Of a stretch of DNA of 64,000 nucleotides, positions 23,609-33,700 are shown in pieces. The DNA comes from a virus. Taxonomy: Duplodnaviria; Heunggongvirae; Uroviricota; Caudoviricetes. Numbering within the stretch: position 1 is the stretch's first letter; the number at the start of each line of letters is the position of its first letter. The DNA lies in IMG/VR virus record IMGVR_UViG_3300021387_000074; one strand, given 5' to 3'. The notes below the pieces were generated by a model, which saw only the letters and a program-made list of their open reading frames with translations, did not search any database and was not told the origin of the DNA. The position numbers were made by a program, and so were the translations under genes.

Positions 23609-26600
23609 ATGGCAGAAAAAAGCTTAGCAGATACAATCATAGATAATTACACATACACAGATGATTGGAAAAATGAAAATAGCAATTATATAGGTAATGG
23701 CGATTGGACAATTCCAGCCAGACCAAAAACATTTACCACTCAGTTTATAGATATAGATAGATACTATAACCATTATAACGTAGTTTCTCCAAGAGTTGAA
23801 GTAGAATTTAGAACTGGCGATAGTGATGAGAGCTGGACTAATTTAAAACAATTGGTCTCAGACGGTGGATTTGTTTGTGAAGCCGTTTTGGAGAATGGTG
23901 TAAAGAAAGAAGTTATACAAAAAAATGACGTTTACACAATAGATGGCAAAGAAGTAAAAGTCGGAGACACTGTATCTGGCAGCAAGATAGTTTCAATAAA
24001 TAAGGTTTCATCAAACACTAACAACAACAATAACTATTTTGTTTCAGCAACTATAGAAGACACTGGTTATAGAACTTTGCAGCTCGAACTTTTTGATAGA
24101 ACATTTACAACAATACAGGCAATGTTATTTGAAGCAATAAAGCATGCCTCTGGTCAGCAAATAGAAGGCGCTGAAAAAACAAGCAATTCGAAAACAAGCT
24201 TTGATTTAGAGTTTGTAAAGATGCCAGCCTTAACAAGAAACAATATAAGAATAAGATATGGATATAACGATTCAGTTAATACTGTAGTTGATAAAAGTTA
24301 CTGGAGTGCTGCAGGACTTGACCACATTGGTTTCTATCAGGAAGATGGAAAGTATAGATGGATAAGTAGAGAGTTCAATGATAAAGACAAAAGACAAGGA
24401 CAGACTAACGGAAATGATAAAGAAATAGAATTGGACGATAAAGGAAACGCAACTTCTGTAGCACAGCAAAACATATCAACAGATAATGCTCTTTTCTATC
24501 TAAATAATCAGTCTACAATACTTGGCGGTTTTGAAGAATTTTATATAACAAATGTTCAATCTACACTCACAAACACTGGTATAAAATATAGTATCACAGC
24601 CGTTGGATCAGATGCTTTGAAATTAAACGGTTATAAATTTGTACAGAAATACGCTAACATCATAGATAAGCCAAAGAATGTTTTAGCTTCATTGATGAGA
24701 TGTTTTAATTTCTCTGGAAACGGTTCAAGTGCGAAGGCAAAAGACACAAACCAAACAATGATAAAACTTGTTTGGAACGACGACAAACCTCTCGCAGCCG
24801 CAAAGAAAATATTACCAACAAAAGACGGCTATAAAGCTTACAGCGCTGACGAGCAAAAGGAAGAATTAGATAAAGACAAATTAGTTTTAGCTGGTTATAA
24901 ACAAAAGCTCACAGTTGCTCAAAGACTTCTTGGATGTTTAACATCCGAACAAGGTGATGATTATGTAGCTGGTAGTATAATAGAACAAAAAAAGTTGTAT
25001 CCAGATTGGAAACTAACAGAAAGAATGGCAACAACTTCAAAAAGTTACAACTCAGATTTGTTTAACATTTCTAAAAAAAGTCCATTGTGGTTCAACTGTT
25101 ATGCCCAAGTAAGAGGTGTTATTCAAAATAGCTGGGACATTGCAAAAGAAGCATTTTTTGCTTACTATCTAAAAAACTATGGCTCATCAAGAATATCAAT
25201 AAAATTGGATGATGGTTATGATGCCACAACTGGAGTAAGAAAAGCGGTATATAACTGTGATGACACTGACGTTTCATTAGATGGTTATACATATCCTTGC
25301 ACTACTAACTCAAACTTCTTTTACTCTAGAATTGCGAGAGCAGTTTTGGCAGACACAATAGCAGACAATGTTTATAATTTTGAAGGCGCTTCGATAGTTG
25401 AAACAATAAATCAACACTATTTGGTAAAGAGCCAACAATTAAACAAAATAGAAGCAGTTAAAGAAATATTTAAAACTCTTCAAAGTTATGTAAAAACAAA
25501 CTTAGTCAAAGCAAAAGGTGGAAAACAATATTATATTAAGCTTCCAATCAGTTTTATTAATGCTTTAAATACAGACGCGGCTAAAAAAATGGCGAGAATT
25601 TGTTTCCAGCAAAAAAGTGGTGGTGCTAGACTTGGAAACATTAATGGTGATGGATGGACATTTTTTAGACCAGCTGATGATATGTTTAATAACTTGCCAG
25701 ACGCTGCTGGAAATGGCGATAGATATAGCAAAGATAGAGAAAGCTGGGCTAATAAACTTTTCTATAATTTAAAAGAAAAAGAAATAAAAGACGAAGATAT
25801 TGAAAAGGCTATCGAAAAAATAGATAAAACAGGTTCACCAGAGCCACAAGCAGAATATTCAAATATGGATGTGGCTTCGGTAGCAAACCTTGCCGTTGTT
25901 TTTTCATACGCAATTGGCGTTGCAGGAATGACTGGAAACGCTTCTGATACTAATAACACAAATGTATCAATAGATACTGGAGCTAAGCTAACTATAAAAC
26001 TTTCAGATGATGGAAATACAGAACAAAGTAAATATGGTTATGTTTGCTTTGACTTTACTCGTGCAGATGAAACATACAACGTTTCTGGTAAATATAAAGG
26101 TGGTGGAGAAATAAAATTCATACCGAACGATGAAGATGAAAGTATTTTAGTTAGAAAATATCTTGATGATATAACAAAAAATGAAAATTGTGACAGGTTT
26201 ATGATAAACCTTAACAGATGTTCTCAAAGCTTTAAGAACGCTTATGTTCTTGAGGAACAAGCAATAGAACAAGATACTAACTGGGCAGTTCTTAGCACAG
26301 AAGAACAATTAAATAAAATAAAAGCAGAAATAGATAAATTTGATTTCTCTTCTTACAAGGTTGAATTAAAGAACAAGTCTCAAATGGATAGTTCTTTTAG
26401 AGAAATTGACAGCTTTAATGGTGTTAGAAGTGGAAAAACAATATCTAAAGAATTATATGACAGAATTACAGAATACGCTCCAGCTGGATACGATAAAGAC
26501 AACAGTAGACGAGAACTTAAATTTGAAAAAGATGACTTTGTTAATTTAGCGAAAGATATAACTTCAGCCATAAGTAAAGTAAATGACAAATATAATGAAC

Positions 26601-27544
26601 TCGACAAAAAAACAAGAGATAACGAATCCGCTCTGTCTAATGATGAAATAACACTAAGTCTTGGTGGACCAGAGTCAGCAGTTGATAATACTAAATTCTA
26701 CAAATCTATTTCTTCATTGCTTAATGAGTTCTGCAATGCTTGCCCACCATATCACGATTACGAACAAGAAGCAGAAAGAAAAACTGCTTACGCAAAGGGT
26801 AAAAAACAAGAAGACGTTGCAGAATATGTGGACGCTGACGGTAATAAACAAACACTTGATTTAAAAGGAGAAGCTCCTACTTATAATCTCACTTGGGATA
26901 TTATTGGAAAATATAAAGATGGTAAGGGAGAAATCCCAGTTGTCGGACTTCACTACAGAACCCCAATAAAACCAAAGATGATGAGAGTTTATAAATGGGG
27001 TACTGGTAATCCAAATATGCACGCCGTAAAGAGTGTTAATATAACAACAAGCTCTGAGTTTGCTTTATTGAGTTCCGCAGCCAATTCAACACTTGAACTT
27101 GGGATAGGTGGAAAGAAAGTTGCAATCAAAGGTGTTAACAGAATGTCAAACACTACTGGTGCAAATGAAGGAGAGATACAGGCAGAGTATGACAACTATA
27201 AATCTAATGAGGAGCCAGCTTATTTCAAGAATATAGTAAGTGAAAACGATAAATACAGTATAACAGATGCTGCGTTCCAGTCTATTAATAAAGGTACAAT
27301 AACTTTATTGGGCGATCCTTCTTTAAGGTTTGGAGGATATATCAACCCAATGACTTATCCAATTTACTTAGATATAGATTTACAGAACGAAGGTGTTACT
27401 TGGAAAGAGAACAGAGCAACAAAGAGCACATTGTCTGGCGTTTATGTTGTTTCTAAAATTACTCATTCTATAAATACCCAAGGATATGTAACAACTTTGG
27501 AAGTTATTAGATACCCTGGAGTGAATGAAGTTATTTCAGTCTAA
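23609..27544 (+). CDS. Baseplate hub protein (gp27-like) with large insertions
   Basis: C-terminal GTITLLGDPSL...SGVYVVSKITHSINTQGYVTTLEVIR typical of hub/late-control-D fold; lies in the tail module. Confidence 0.65.
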   Translation: MAEKSLADTIIDNYTYTDDWKNENSNYIGNGDWTIPARPKTFTTQFIDIDRYYNHYNVVSPRVEVEFRTGDSDESWTNLKQLVSDGGFVCEAVLENGVKKEVIQKNDVYTIDGKEVKVGDTVSGSKIVSINKVSSNTNNNNNYFVSATIEDTGYRTLQLELFDRTFTTIQAMLFEAIKHASGQQIEGAEKTSNSKTSFDLEFVKMPALTRNNIRIRYGYNDSVNTVVDKSYWSAAGLDHIGFYQEDGKYRWISREFNDKDKRQGQTNGNDKEIELDDKGNATSVAQQNISTDNALFYLNNQSTILGGFEEFYITNVQSTLTNTGIKYSITAVGSDALKLNGYKFVQKYANIIDKPKNVLASLMRCFNFSGNGSSAKAKDTNQTMIKLVWNDDKPLAAAKKILPTKDGYKAYSADEQKEELDKDKLVLAGYKQKLTVAQRLLGCLTSEQGDDYVAGSIIEQKKLYPDWKLTERMATTSKSYNSDLFNISKKSPLWFNCYAQVRGVIQNSWDIAKEAFFAYYLKNYGSSRISIKLDDGYDATTGVRKAVYNCDDTDVSLDGYTYPCTTNSNFFYSRIARAVLADTIADNVYNFEGASIVETINQHYLVKSQQLNKIEAVKEIFKTLQSYVKTNLVKAKGGKQYYIKLPISFINALNTDAAKKMARICFQQKSGGARLGNINGDGWTFFRPADDMFNNLPDAAGNGDRYSKDRESWANKLFYNLKEKEIKDEDIEKAIEKIDKTGSPEPQAEYSNMDVASVANLAVVFSYAIGVAGMTGNASDTNNTNVSIDTGAKLTIKLSDDGNTEQSKYGYVCFDFTRADETYNVSGKYKGGGEIKFIPNDEDESILVRKYLDDITKNENCDRFMINLNRCSQSFKNAYVLEEQAIEQDTNWAVLSTEEQLNKIKAEIDKFDFSSYKVELKNKSQMDSSFREIDSFNGVRSGKTISKELYDRITEYAPAGYDKDNSRRELKFEKDDFVNLAKDITSAISKVNDKYNELDKKTRDNESALSNDEITLSLGGPESAVDNTKFYKSISSLLNEFCNACPPYHDYEQEAERKTAYAKGKKQEDVAEYVDADGNKQTLDLKGEAPTYNLTWDIIGKYKDGKGEIPVVGLHYRTPIKPKMMRVYKWGTGNPNMHAVKSVNITTSSEFALLSSAANSTLELGIGGKKVAIKGVNRMSNTTGANEGEIQAEYDNYKSNEEPAYFKNIVSENDKYSITDAAFQSINKGTITLLGDPSLRFGGYINPMTYPIYLDIDLQNEGVTWKENRATKSTLSGVYVVSKITHSINTQGYVTTLEVIRYPGVNEVISV

Positions 27545-27550
27545 GTTAAT
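27543..27550 (+). promoter_or_regulatory. Putative late promoter AAGTTAAT
   Basis: Exact motif 12 nt before the 27563 ATG. Confidence 0.65.
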
Positions 27551-27562
27551 TATAGGTAAAAT

Positions 27563-30500
27563 ATGGCAGATTTAACTCAGGAAGATATATCTAATCTAAC
27601 ATCCTCAATGAAAGAAATGACAAAAGTAATTGAGAACAATAACAAATTACTTTTAAAGTCTGGGGATATTTATAACAATACAAAGAATACTCAAAAAGAA
27701 ATCTCAAAGAACCTTGAGAAGCAAGGAAAGCTCTATAAGGATAATACTGCCGAAATAAAAAAGCAAAACGCATTAATACAAAATACAAAAGAATTAGCTG
27801 GAGATATTTTAAGCAGCTTTACAAAACTTAGTATAATCTTCACTTCTGGCGGAATTGTTGGTGCGGTAGGTAAAATAGTAAAAGACGCTATAAGTCTTGA
27901 TAACGTAACTACCGCCTTAGCTGCAAGAATGGGTAAGATGGTTCAGAAAGCTGAGCTTAAAGGAGCTGTAAACAGCTTGCAAGCCGACCTCGGAGCAACA
28001 TATAACGCAGCTGTCGGAATAGTTAGCACATTATCAAGTAAAAGATATGTAGATAATATAACTGAAGCCGCTAAGGGAGCAAACCTATTTAGCCGTGCAA
28101 CTGGTATGGGCTATGTAGAAGTAGCAAACCTTATGACAGAACTCAATAAAGGTGCTCACTTATCAACAAGTTCAATCAATGCAATGTTGACTGGAATTGT
28201 TAAGGTTCAGCAGAATATTGGTTTGTCTGAAGAGGGTATGGTTGCCGCAACAGAAAGCATTAAGAAAGCAGCCGTTAATATGTCTGCATTTGGCAAATCT
28301 TCAACTGATATACAGAAGATGGCAAACTATACAACTGCTTTGGTTGGTGCTATGGAAAAAGTTGGTATAGCGGCAGGCGATGCAGCACAGTTGGTAGATA
28401 GATTAACAGACCCAGATAGAATAGAAGACAATATTTTACTTTATAGCCAGCTTGGTGTTTCTATTGAAGACGCCCTTTCTGGAAACTTTGACTTGTCTAA
28501 TATGGATGGACAGTTGAAAGAAATGGCTCAGAGAATTGTAGATATGGGTCCAATCGCTGGTTCTCAGTTTGCTAAGTCTATGGGTATGAGCTATAAGCAA
28601 GCAACCCAAATGGCAAAAATGGAAGGCAATGAAGTTGCACAAGTAGGCGAAGCAGCTCAGACTGCAGAAGATGGCGCACTTGATACAATGCAGCAACTTG
28701 AAAAACAAACAGAAGGTTTTGGTAAATCTATGGAAACTGCCTTCAATAAACTTGAAGGTAAGATAAGAGGTTTGCCTAAGATTGCCCTAGTTGCTGGTGG
28801 CTTGTTAATTGCAACAATACTATCACAAGCAAAAAAGAAATTAATGGAGTTCTCACAAGACGTAACTTCGCCTAAACAAATGTCTGTACTTACAGAAGGT
28901 ATAGGCTCTGCAATTGCTCTTGGATTTAATAAAGGATTAAGTAAAGCAGGACAAGCATTACTAGAAACTGGAAAGGTGGCTAAGAGAGGATTAGAACAGT
29001 GGTTCGATTCTACAAAGGTTGGTGGCTTCTTTGATGGTACAGAAAAGAGAATTGATGCTTTGATGGCAAAAGCCAATCATAAAACATTCTCAGATGTATA
29101 CCTTGAGTCTGCAAGAAAAAACAGAGTGGATATGCTTAATGAGCATAAAAACCTTCTCGAAGATCAGAAGCAGGCAGAATTAAATAAACTCGAAGAATTA
29201 TTAGACGCAAAACAGAAAAAGATCCTCAGAGACAATAAAGATAAGGGCGCTGCTTTAAGTGTTATTAGCGGAATGGTAGCAAACGAAGAAGGTGGTGCAA
29301 CTGGGGCACAAGCCGCTAGATTAAAAGCAATTCAAGAAATTGTCAAGGCTTATCAGTCTGAAGAAAATCAGCAAAAGAGAATAAATACTGCTATTAGTAA
29401 AAGAGAAGCTGTTAGCAAAGAAGTTGCTAAACAGCAAGAGCAGGTAGCACAGGCTGCAGATAATTTAAGCAAAAAAGAAGAAGAGCTTGCAAACTTGCAA
29501 GAGGAAATTTCTAAAAACACAGAAAGAGAAGCAACTGCTAAAGCCGAAATGGAAAGGCTTGATAAGCTCATAGCTGAAGCCTCAAATCAGAAAACAACAG
29601 CTGGAAACGCATTGGCTAAAAAACTAAAAGAGCAAAAAGCAGAGCAAGAAGCAATCTTAAATGTTGCCGTAAAAGAAAAAGCAGAAAAGAAAGCATCATT
29701 AGATAGCGCTAACACAGCTATAAAATTAGCCCAAAGACATTTAGATATTGAAGAAGACAAACTAAGAAAAGCAAAAGATAACGAAAAAGTTCAAAGCAAA
29801 ATCTTTAAGCTAGCAATAGGTATTAAAGATAATATGCTTGCCGCCGCAGGTGCAAAATTCAATGCCTCTACTTTCGGAAAAGCATTTAATGCAGCAAAAG
29901 GCGCTGGTGCCTCAGGGTTTAAAGCAGCAGGAGCAGGAATTGGAGCACTCGCTAAGAAAGGAGCTGCAGGAGCTGGTAAAGCAATAGCTAGCGGAATTGG
30001 TGGAATCATGAAATCTCTCGGCCCTATGGCAATTGTTATGGCTATAGTTGGTAAATTTATAGATAAATTTAAACAGCCATTAGAGAACCTTATAGATAAT
30101 CTCGTTGAGTTCTTGACACCAGTTGCAGAATTATTGATTGATACTCTTGGGCCAGCTATTACTAAGATAGTAAAAGCGCTATTCCCACCGTTGTTGAGAA
30201 TATCTGCTCATATATTAAGCTTCTTAGGAGTAATCCTTACACCTATTAAACTCATACTAAAAGCATTGTCTCATTTGCCTGGAATTGGTAAAGCCTTTGA
30301 AGGTGTTAATGATGTAATAGAAACACTTACGGGGCCAGAACTAACCCAAGGTTTGTTAGATGCTGCAGACAAAATAGAAAACAGTGGAGACGACTTAACA
30401 AAAGCAGCTAAGAAACAAGAAGAAGTAGCCGACGGACAGCAAGAGGCAGCTAAGATTTCTGCGTCTGGAGGTGATTTAACACTTGTTGAATCTGCAAAAG

Positions 30501-30757
30501 TAAATAACGCAAACTCTCAAGCTTCTTCTACTACACAGACAACTTCAGAATCTTCCGCAGATGCACAGCTAAAAGATCTTGAGAACAAGAAAAAGCAGAA
30601 GAAAGAAGACAATTTCAGAGAATCTGTTGAAGCTAAGTTTGATAAAGTATGTAAAACTCTAGAGTCTCTTATAAATCTACTTGCAAGCCAGAACCAGAAA
30701 GAGTTCGTAGTTGGCCCAGGTGTACAGCAAATAAGTTTGGACACTGGAAATGAATAA
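27563..30757 (+). CDS. Tape measure protein
   Basis: 1064 aa, Ala/Gly/Lys-rich helical protein with coiled coil and hydrophobic amphipathic segments; tail context. Confidence 0.8.
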   Translation: MADLTQEDISNLTSSMKEMTKVIENNNKLLLKSGDIYNNTKNTQKEISKNLEKQGKLYKDNTAEIKKQNALIQNTKELAGDILSSFTKLSIIFTSGGIVGAVGKIVKDAISLDNVTTALAARMGKMVQKAELKGAVNSLQADLGATYNAAVGIVSTLSSKRYVDNITEAAKGANLFSRATGMGYVEVANLMTELNKGAHLSTSSINAMLTGIVKVQQNIGLSEEGMVAATESIKKAAVNMSAFGKSSTDIQKMANYTTALVGAMEKVGIAAGDAAQLVDRLTDPDRIEDNILLYSQLGVSIEDALSGNFDLSNMDGQLKEMAQRIVDMGPIAGSQFAKSMGMSYKQATQMAKMEGNEVAQVGEAAQTAEDGALDTMQQLEKQTEGFGKSMETAFNKLEGKIRGLPKIALVAGGLLIATILSQAKKKLMEFSQDVTSPKQMSVLTEGIGSAIALGFNKGLSKAGQALLETGKVAKRGLEQWFDSTKVGGFFDGTEKRIDALMAKANHKTFSDVYLESARKNRVDMLNEHKNLLEDQKQAELNKLEELLDAKQKKILRDNKDKGAALSVISGMVANEEGGATGAQAARLKAIQEIVKAYQSEENQQKRINTAISKREAVSKEVAKQQEQVAQAADNLSKKEEELANLQEEISKNTEREATAKAEMERLDKLIAEASNQKTTAGNALAKKLKEQKAEQEAILNVAVKEKAEKKASLDSANTAIKLAQRHLDIEEDKLRKAKDNEKVQSKIFKLAIGIKDNMLAAAGAKFNASTFGKAFNAAKGAGASGFKAAGAGIGALAKKGAAGAGKAIASGIGGIMKSLGPMAIVMAIVGKFIDKFKQPLENLIDNLVEFLTPVAELLIDTLGPAITKIVKALFPPLLRISAHILSFLGVILTPIKLILKALSHLPGIGKAFEGVNDVIETLTGPELTQGLLDAADKIENSGDDLTKAAKKQEEVADGQQEAAKISASGGDLTLVESAKVNNANSQASSTTQTTSESSADAQLKDLENKKKQKKEDNFRESVEAKFDKVCKTLESLINLLASQNQKEFVVGPGVQQISLDTGNE

Positions 30758-30765
30758 TTAGCGTA

Positions 30766-30773
30766 AAGTTAAT
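30766..30773 (+). promoter_or_regulatory. Putative late promoter AAGTTAAT (leaderless)
   Basis: AAGTTAAT-TAT-ATG, no SD. Confidence 0.65.
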
Positions 30774-30776
30774 TAT

Positions 30777-33700
30777 ATGAAAATTAAGCCAGCAAGTTCA
30801 ATAATAGATAATAAAACTAACGATGTGCTAGAAATGGAAGCAGGAAGCACAGATATTCCAAGATATGCTCAAGTAAATAATACTTTAAAGCCTTCAGTAA
30901 TCAATGGAAAAAAAGTAACATATTATAAAAGCTTAGAAAATAGCGATACTACATTCGAAGAACAAGCAGAAAAGGTCTCTAACAAAACAGCTTATACAAA
31001 AGTAACAAACAGTATAAGTAGTCAAGCTGGTCTAGACGTAAAAGAAAACAAGGTTTACAACGGCGATGAAACTGAATATGTTAACCGCTTAAAGAATAAA
31101 AGAAATTTTGTTAATAGTGGCAAAAGAGATGATAAAGATGAAAACCTCGAAATAAATAAAACTCTTGGTTTAAAAGATGACGCTAGCATCACTGCTTATG
31201 TTGATAGCAAAACACAGAAGCTAGGAGAAGGTTATTCATCTGATATTAAGTCAAGATTGGTAGGAATCTCAAAAAAGCCAAACGAAACACTTATCGTAAA
31301 ACAAACAGACGAATCAATTGAAGACGCCCCAGAACAAAAAGATTCACTAGAGTGGAATATTAAAAGCCAAAATTCAGATTTTGCAAAAGATGAAACAAAA
31401 TTCTCTTTAGGCGGAAAAGAACTTGAAACTTTCTCAACAGAATATATCAACACAACTGAAGACGTTTTCAATACTTCTAAAAGATTCAAGCCAATAACTT
31501 CTAAAATAGATGGCGGCGGATTGGTAAATAGTGATTACTACGGTTCTCAGGATAATGAACCTTCAAGCGATTTATGGACCAATACTAAAACAGCACTCGC
31601 TAAATCTACTTTAGGACTTGGTGTAAGTAAAGATCTTATCAATAAAGTAGCAGACCCAATAATGGGATTCTTTGGTATTGAAGGAAACGAAGAAGTTAAC
31701 GCTTTATCTTTAAGCATGACTTCTCTAGAACACTGGAAAGGTGAAAGAGCTAAGACATTCCATACAAAAGACTGGAAACCAAAAAATACTTTAAACACTG
31801 ATGCAAACGCGGCTGGTTCTATGGCAAGCGACCTTAGAGGTGAACTTGGAAGAACAACTGGTGGCTTAGGTGGTATTGCAGCAAAATCTGGAAACTCTTG
31901 GCTAACAGCTGGTGGTCAATTAGTTGATATGACTGTTGGTGCGGGACTTACAAATACTATTACCGACATAACTGGCAGTTTTGCTAAAGGCGTTGGCGAC
32001 GGTGAGTGGCAGCCAGAAGCAGATGAACTTGCAAACTTAAATACAGTAACAAAAGACACAATATATACCTCAAAACCTGGAATACGTTTCAAAGCAAAAA
32101 ACGGAATGGTTCAGAATGTAACAAGCAATCAAGATAGTGTTGCCATATTCGGAAAATCTGGATACACAAAGAACGGCGATTCTCTTAGAAACACTTATGG
32201 AACTTCCTTAGATTTGTTAAGAGGTAATCAGTTAAACGCTACAAGAACTTCTAAAATCAGAAGAATGATTCTCAATGAAGATAATGAGTTCAAGAAAAAG
32301 AGAATGGTTTATAACTTGAAAGAAGAAATAAACTCAGGCGGTTCTCTTTATAATTACCAAGAAGATTCAAATGGTTTCTTCTATTGGGAAAAGTCAGATG
32401 ACTTGTACACAAACTTCAATTTATCAAGCGAAGAAGCACAATTAATAACATTAATAAAGAATAGAAATACATACAATAAGACACTTGGATATATTTATAT
32501 TAGACCTTATTATAATTATGTTGACGACAAAACAAAACAAGATCCAGGAAATGGCTTAGGTCTTTTTGATATTCCATTTGAGTTTACACCTAATATTCAG
32601 GAAAGTGCTACTCAGGCTAATTATCAGCAAGAAACTCTCCTTGGAAGACTTGGACAATTCCAAATCTTTACAGGAACAAACTTGCCAACAGTTTCAATAG
32701 AACTACAATATATGGCTTTAGCTCCAGACAGCTTAGATGAACATGAAAGACAAGGAATGAACAAAGAATGGGGTACAGACGCTTGGCAATACTATTGGAC
32801 AAATAATAGAATTGAAGCAATCGAAATGAAACTTAGAAGCTTAGTATTTGCTGACTATGTTTCTGGTGATTATTTAATAAAGCCACCACTCGTAGAAATT
32901 CACTTAGAGAACGCTAGGGGACAAAACGCAGAGACAGTTGGAGATTTATACAAATACCCAATTGGTTCTAACGATCCTTCTACTGTAGGTGAAAGATATT
33001 TGCAATACTCTACATCTATACACGGTTCTGCTAGAAATAGATATAAGAAATATATAGTAACTTCTGTTCAAATAGACAAAATTAGCGACTCAGATATAAT
33101 CTACCCTTCTTTGTATGGAAGAGTTTATGATTCTAGTGTAAGTTCTAGTAATCCAATGTGGCATGTTAAGAATGCTGTAAATGGTGAAGAATCGGTCGAA
33201 GAAAGTGGAATATATGGTTATTCTGGTTATGCAAGAAAGAAAGGTTTCAAAGCAACCCTTTCTCTTACAGAAGTAACAGAAAACTTCTTGGATTTGGTTC
33301 CAGACTTTAAAGCTTATTATGATGCTTGGACTCTAAAAGATAGCGCCGCAGACATTGTTTCTCAATATGCTGAAGCTACTATAGGTAATAATAGTATGAC
33401 ACAAAGCGTTCAGTCAGCTTTACAAGACGCTTTGAGTATAGCTAAGAACACATTGATTAGCTCGGAAGAAAGACTCGACGCAATGTTTGAAGAGTATGAA
33501 AAACTAGCAAAACTTTACGCTAAATCTTTCACAACAAAAACAAAAGGCGGAAATGCTTATTGGAAAATAGGTATGTTTAATGATAGAGATGGTGGAGATG
33601 TTGAAAAAAATAAATTCAACTTTATTTCAACTGGAAATCCAGACGTTAATATCAATAATAAAAACAAGTCAGAAGAAGAAGTAGAATTAACAATGAACGC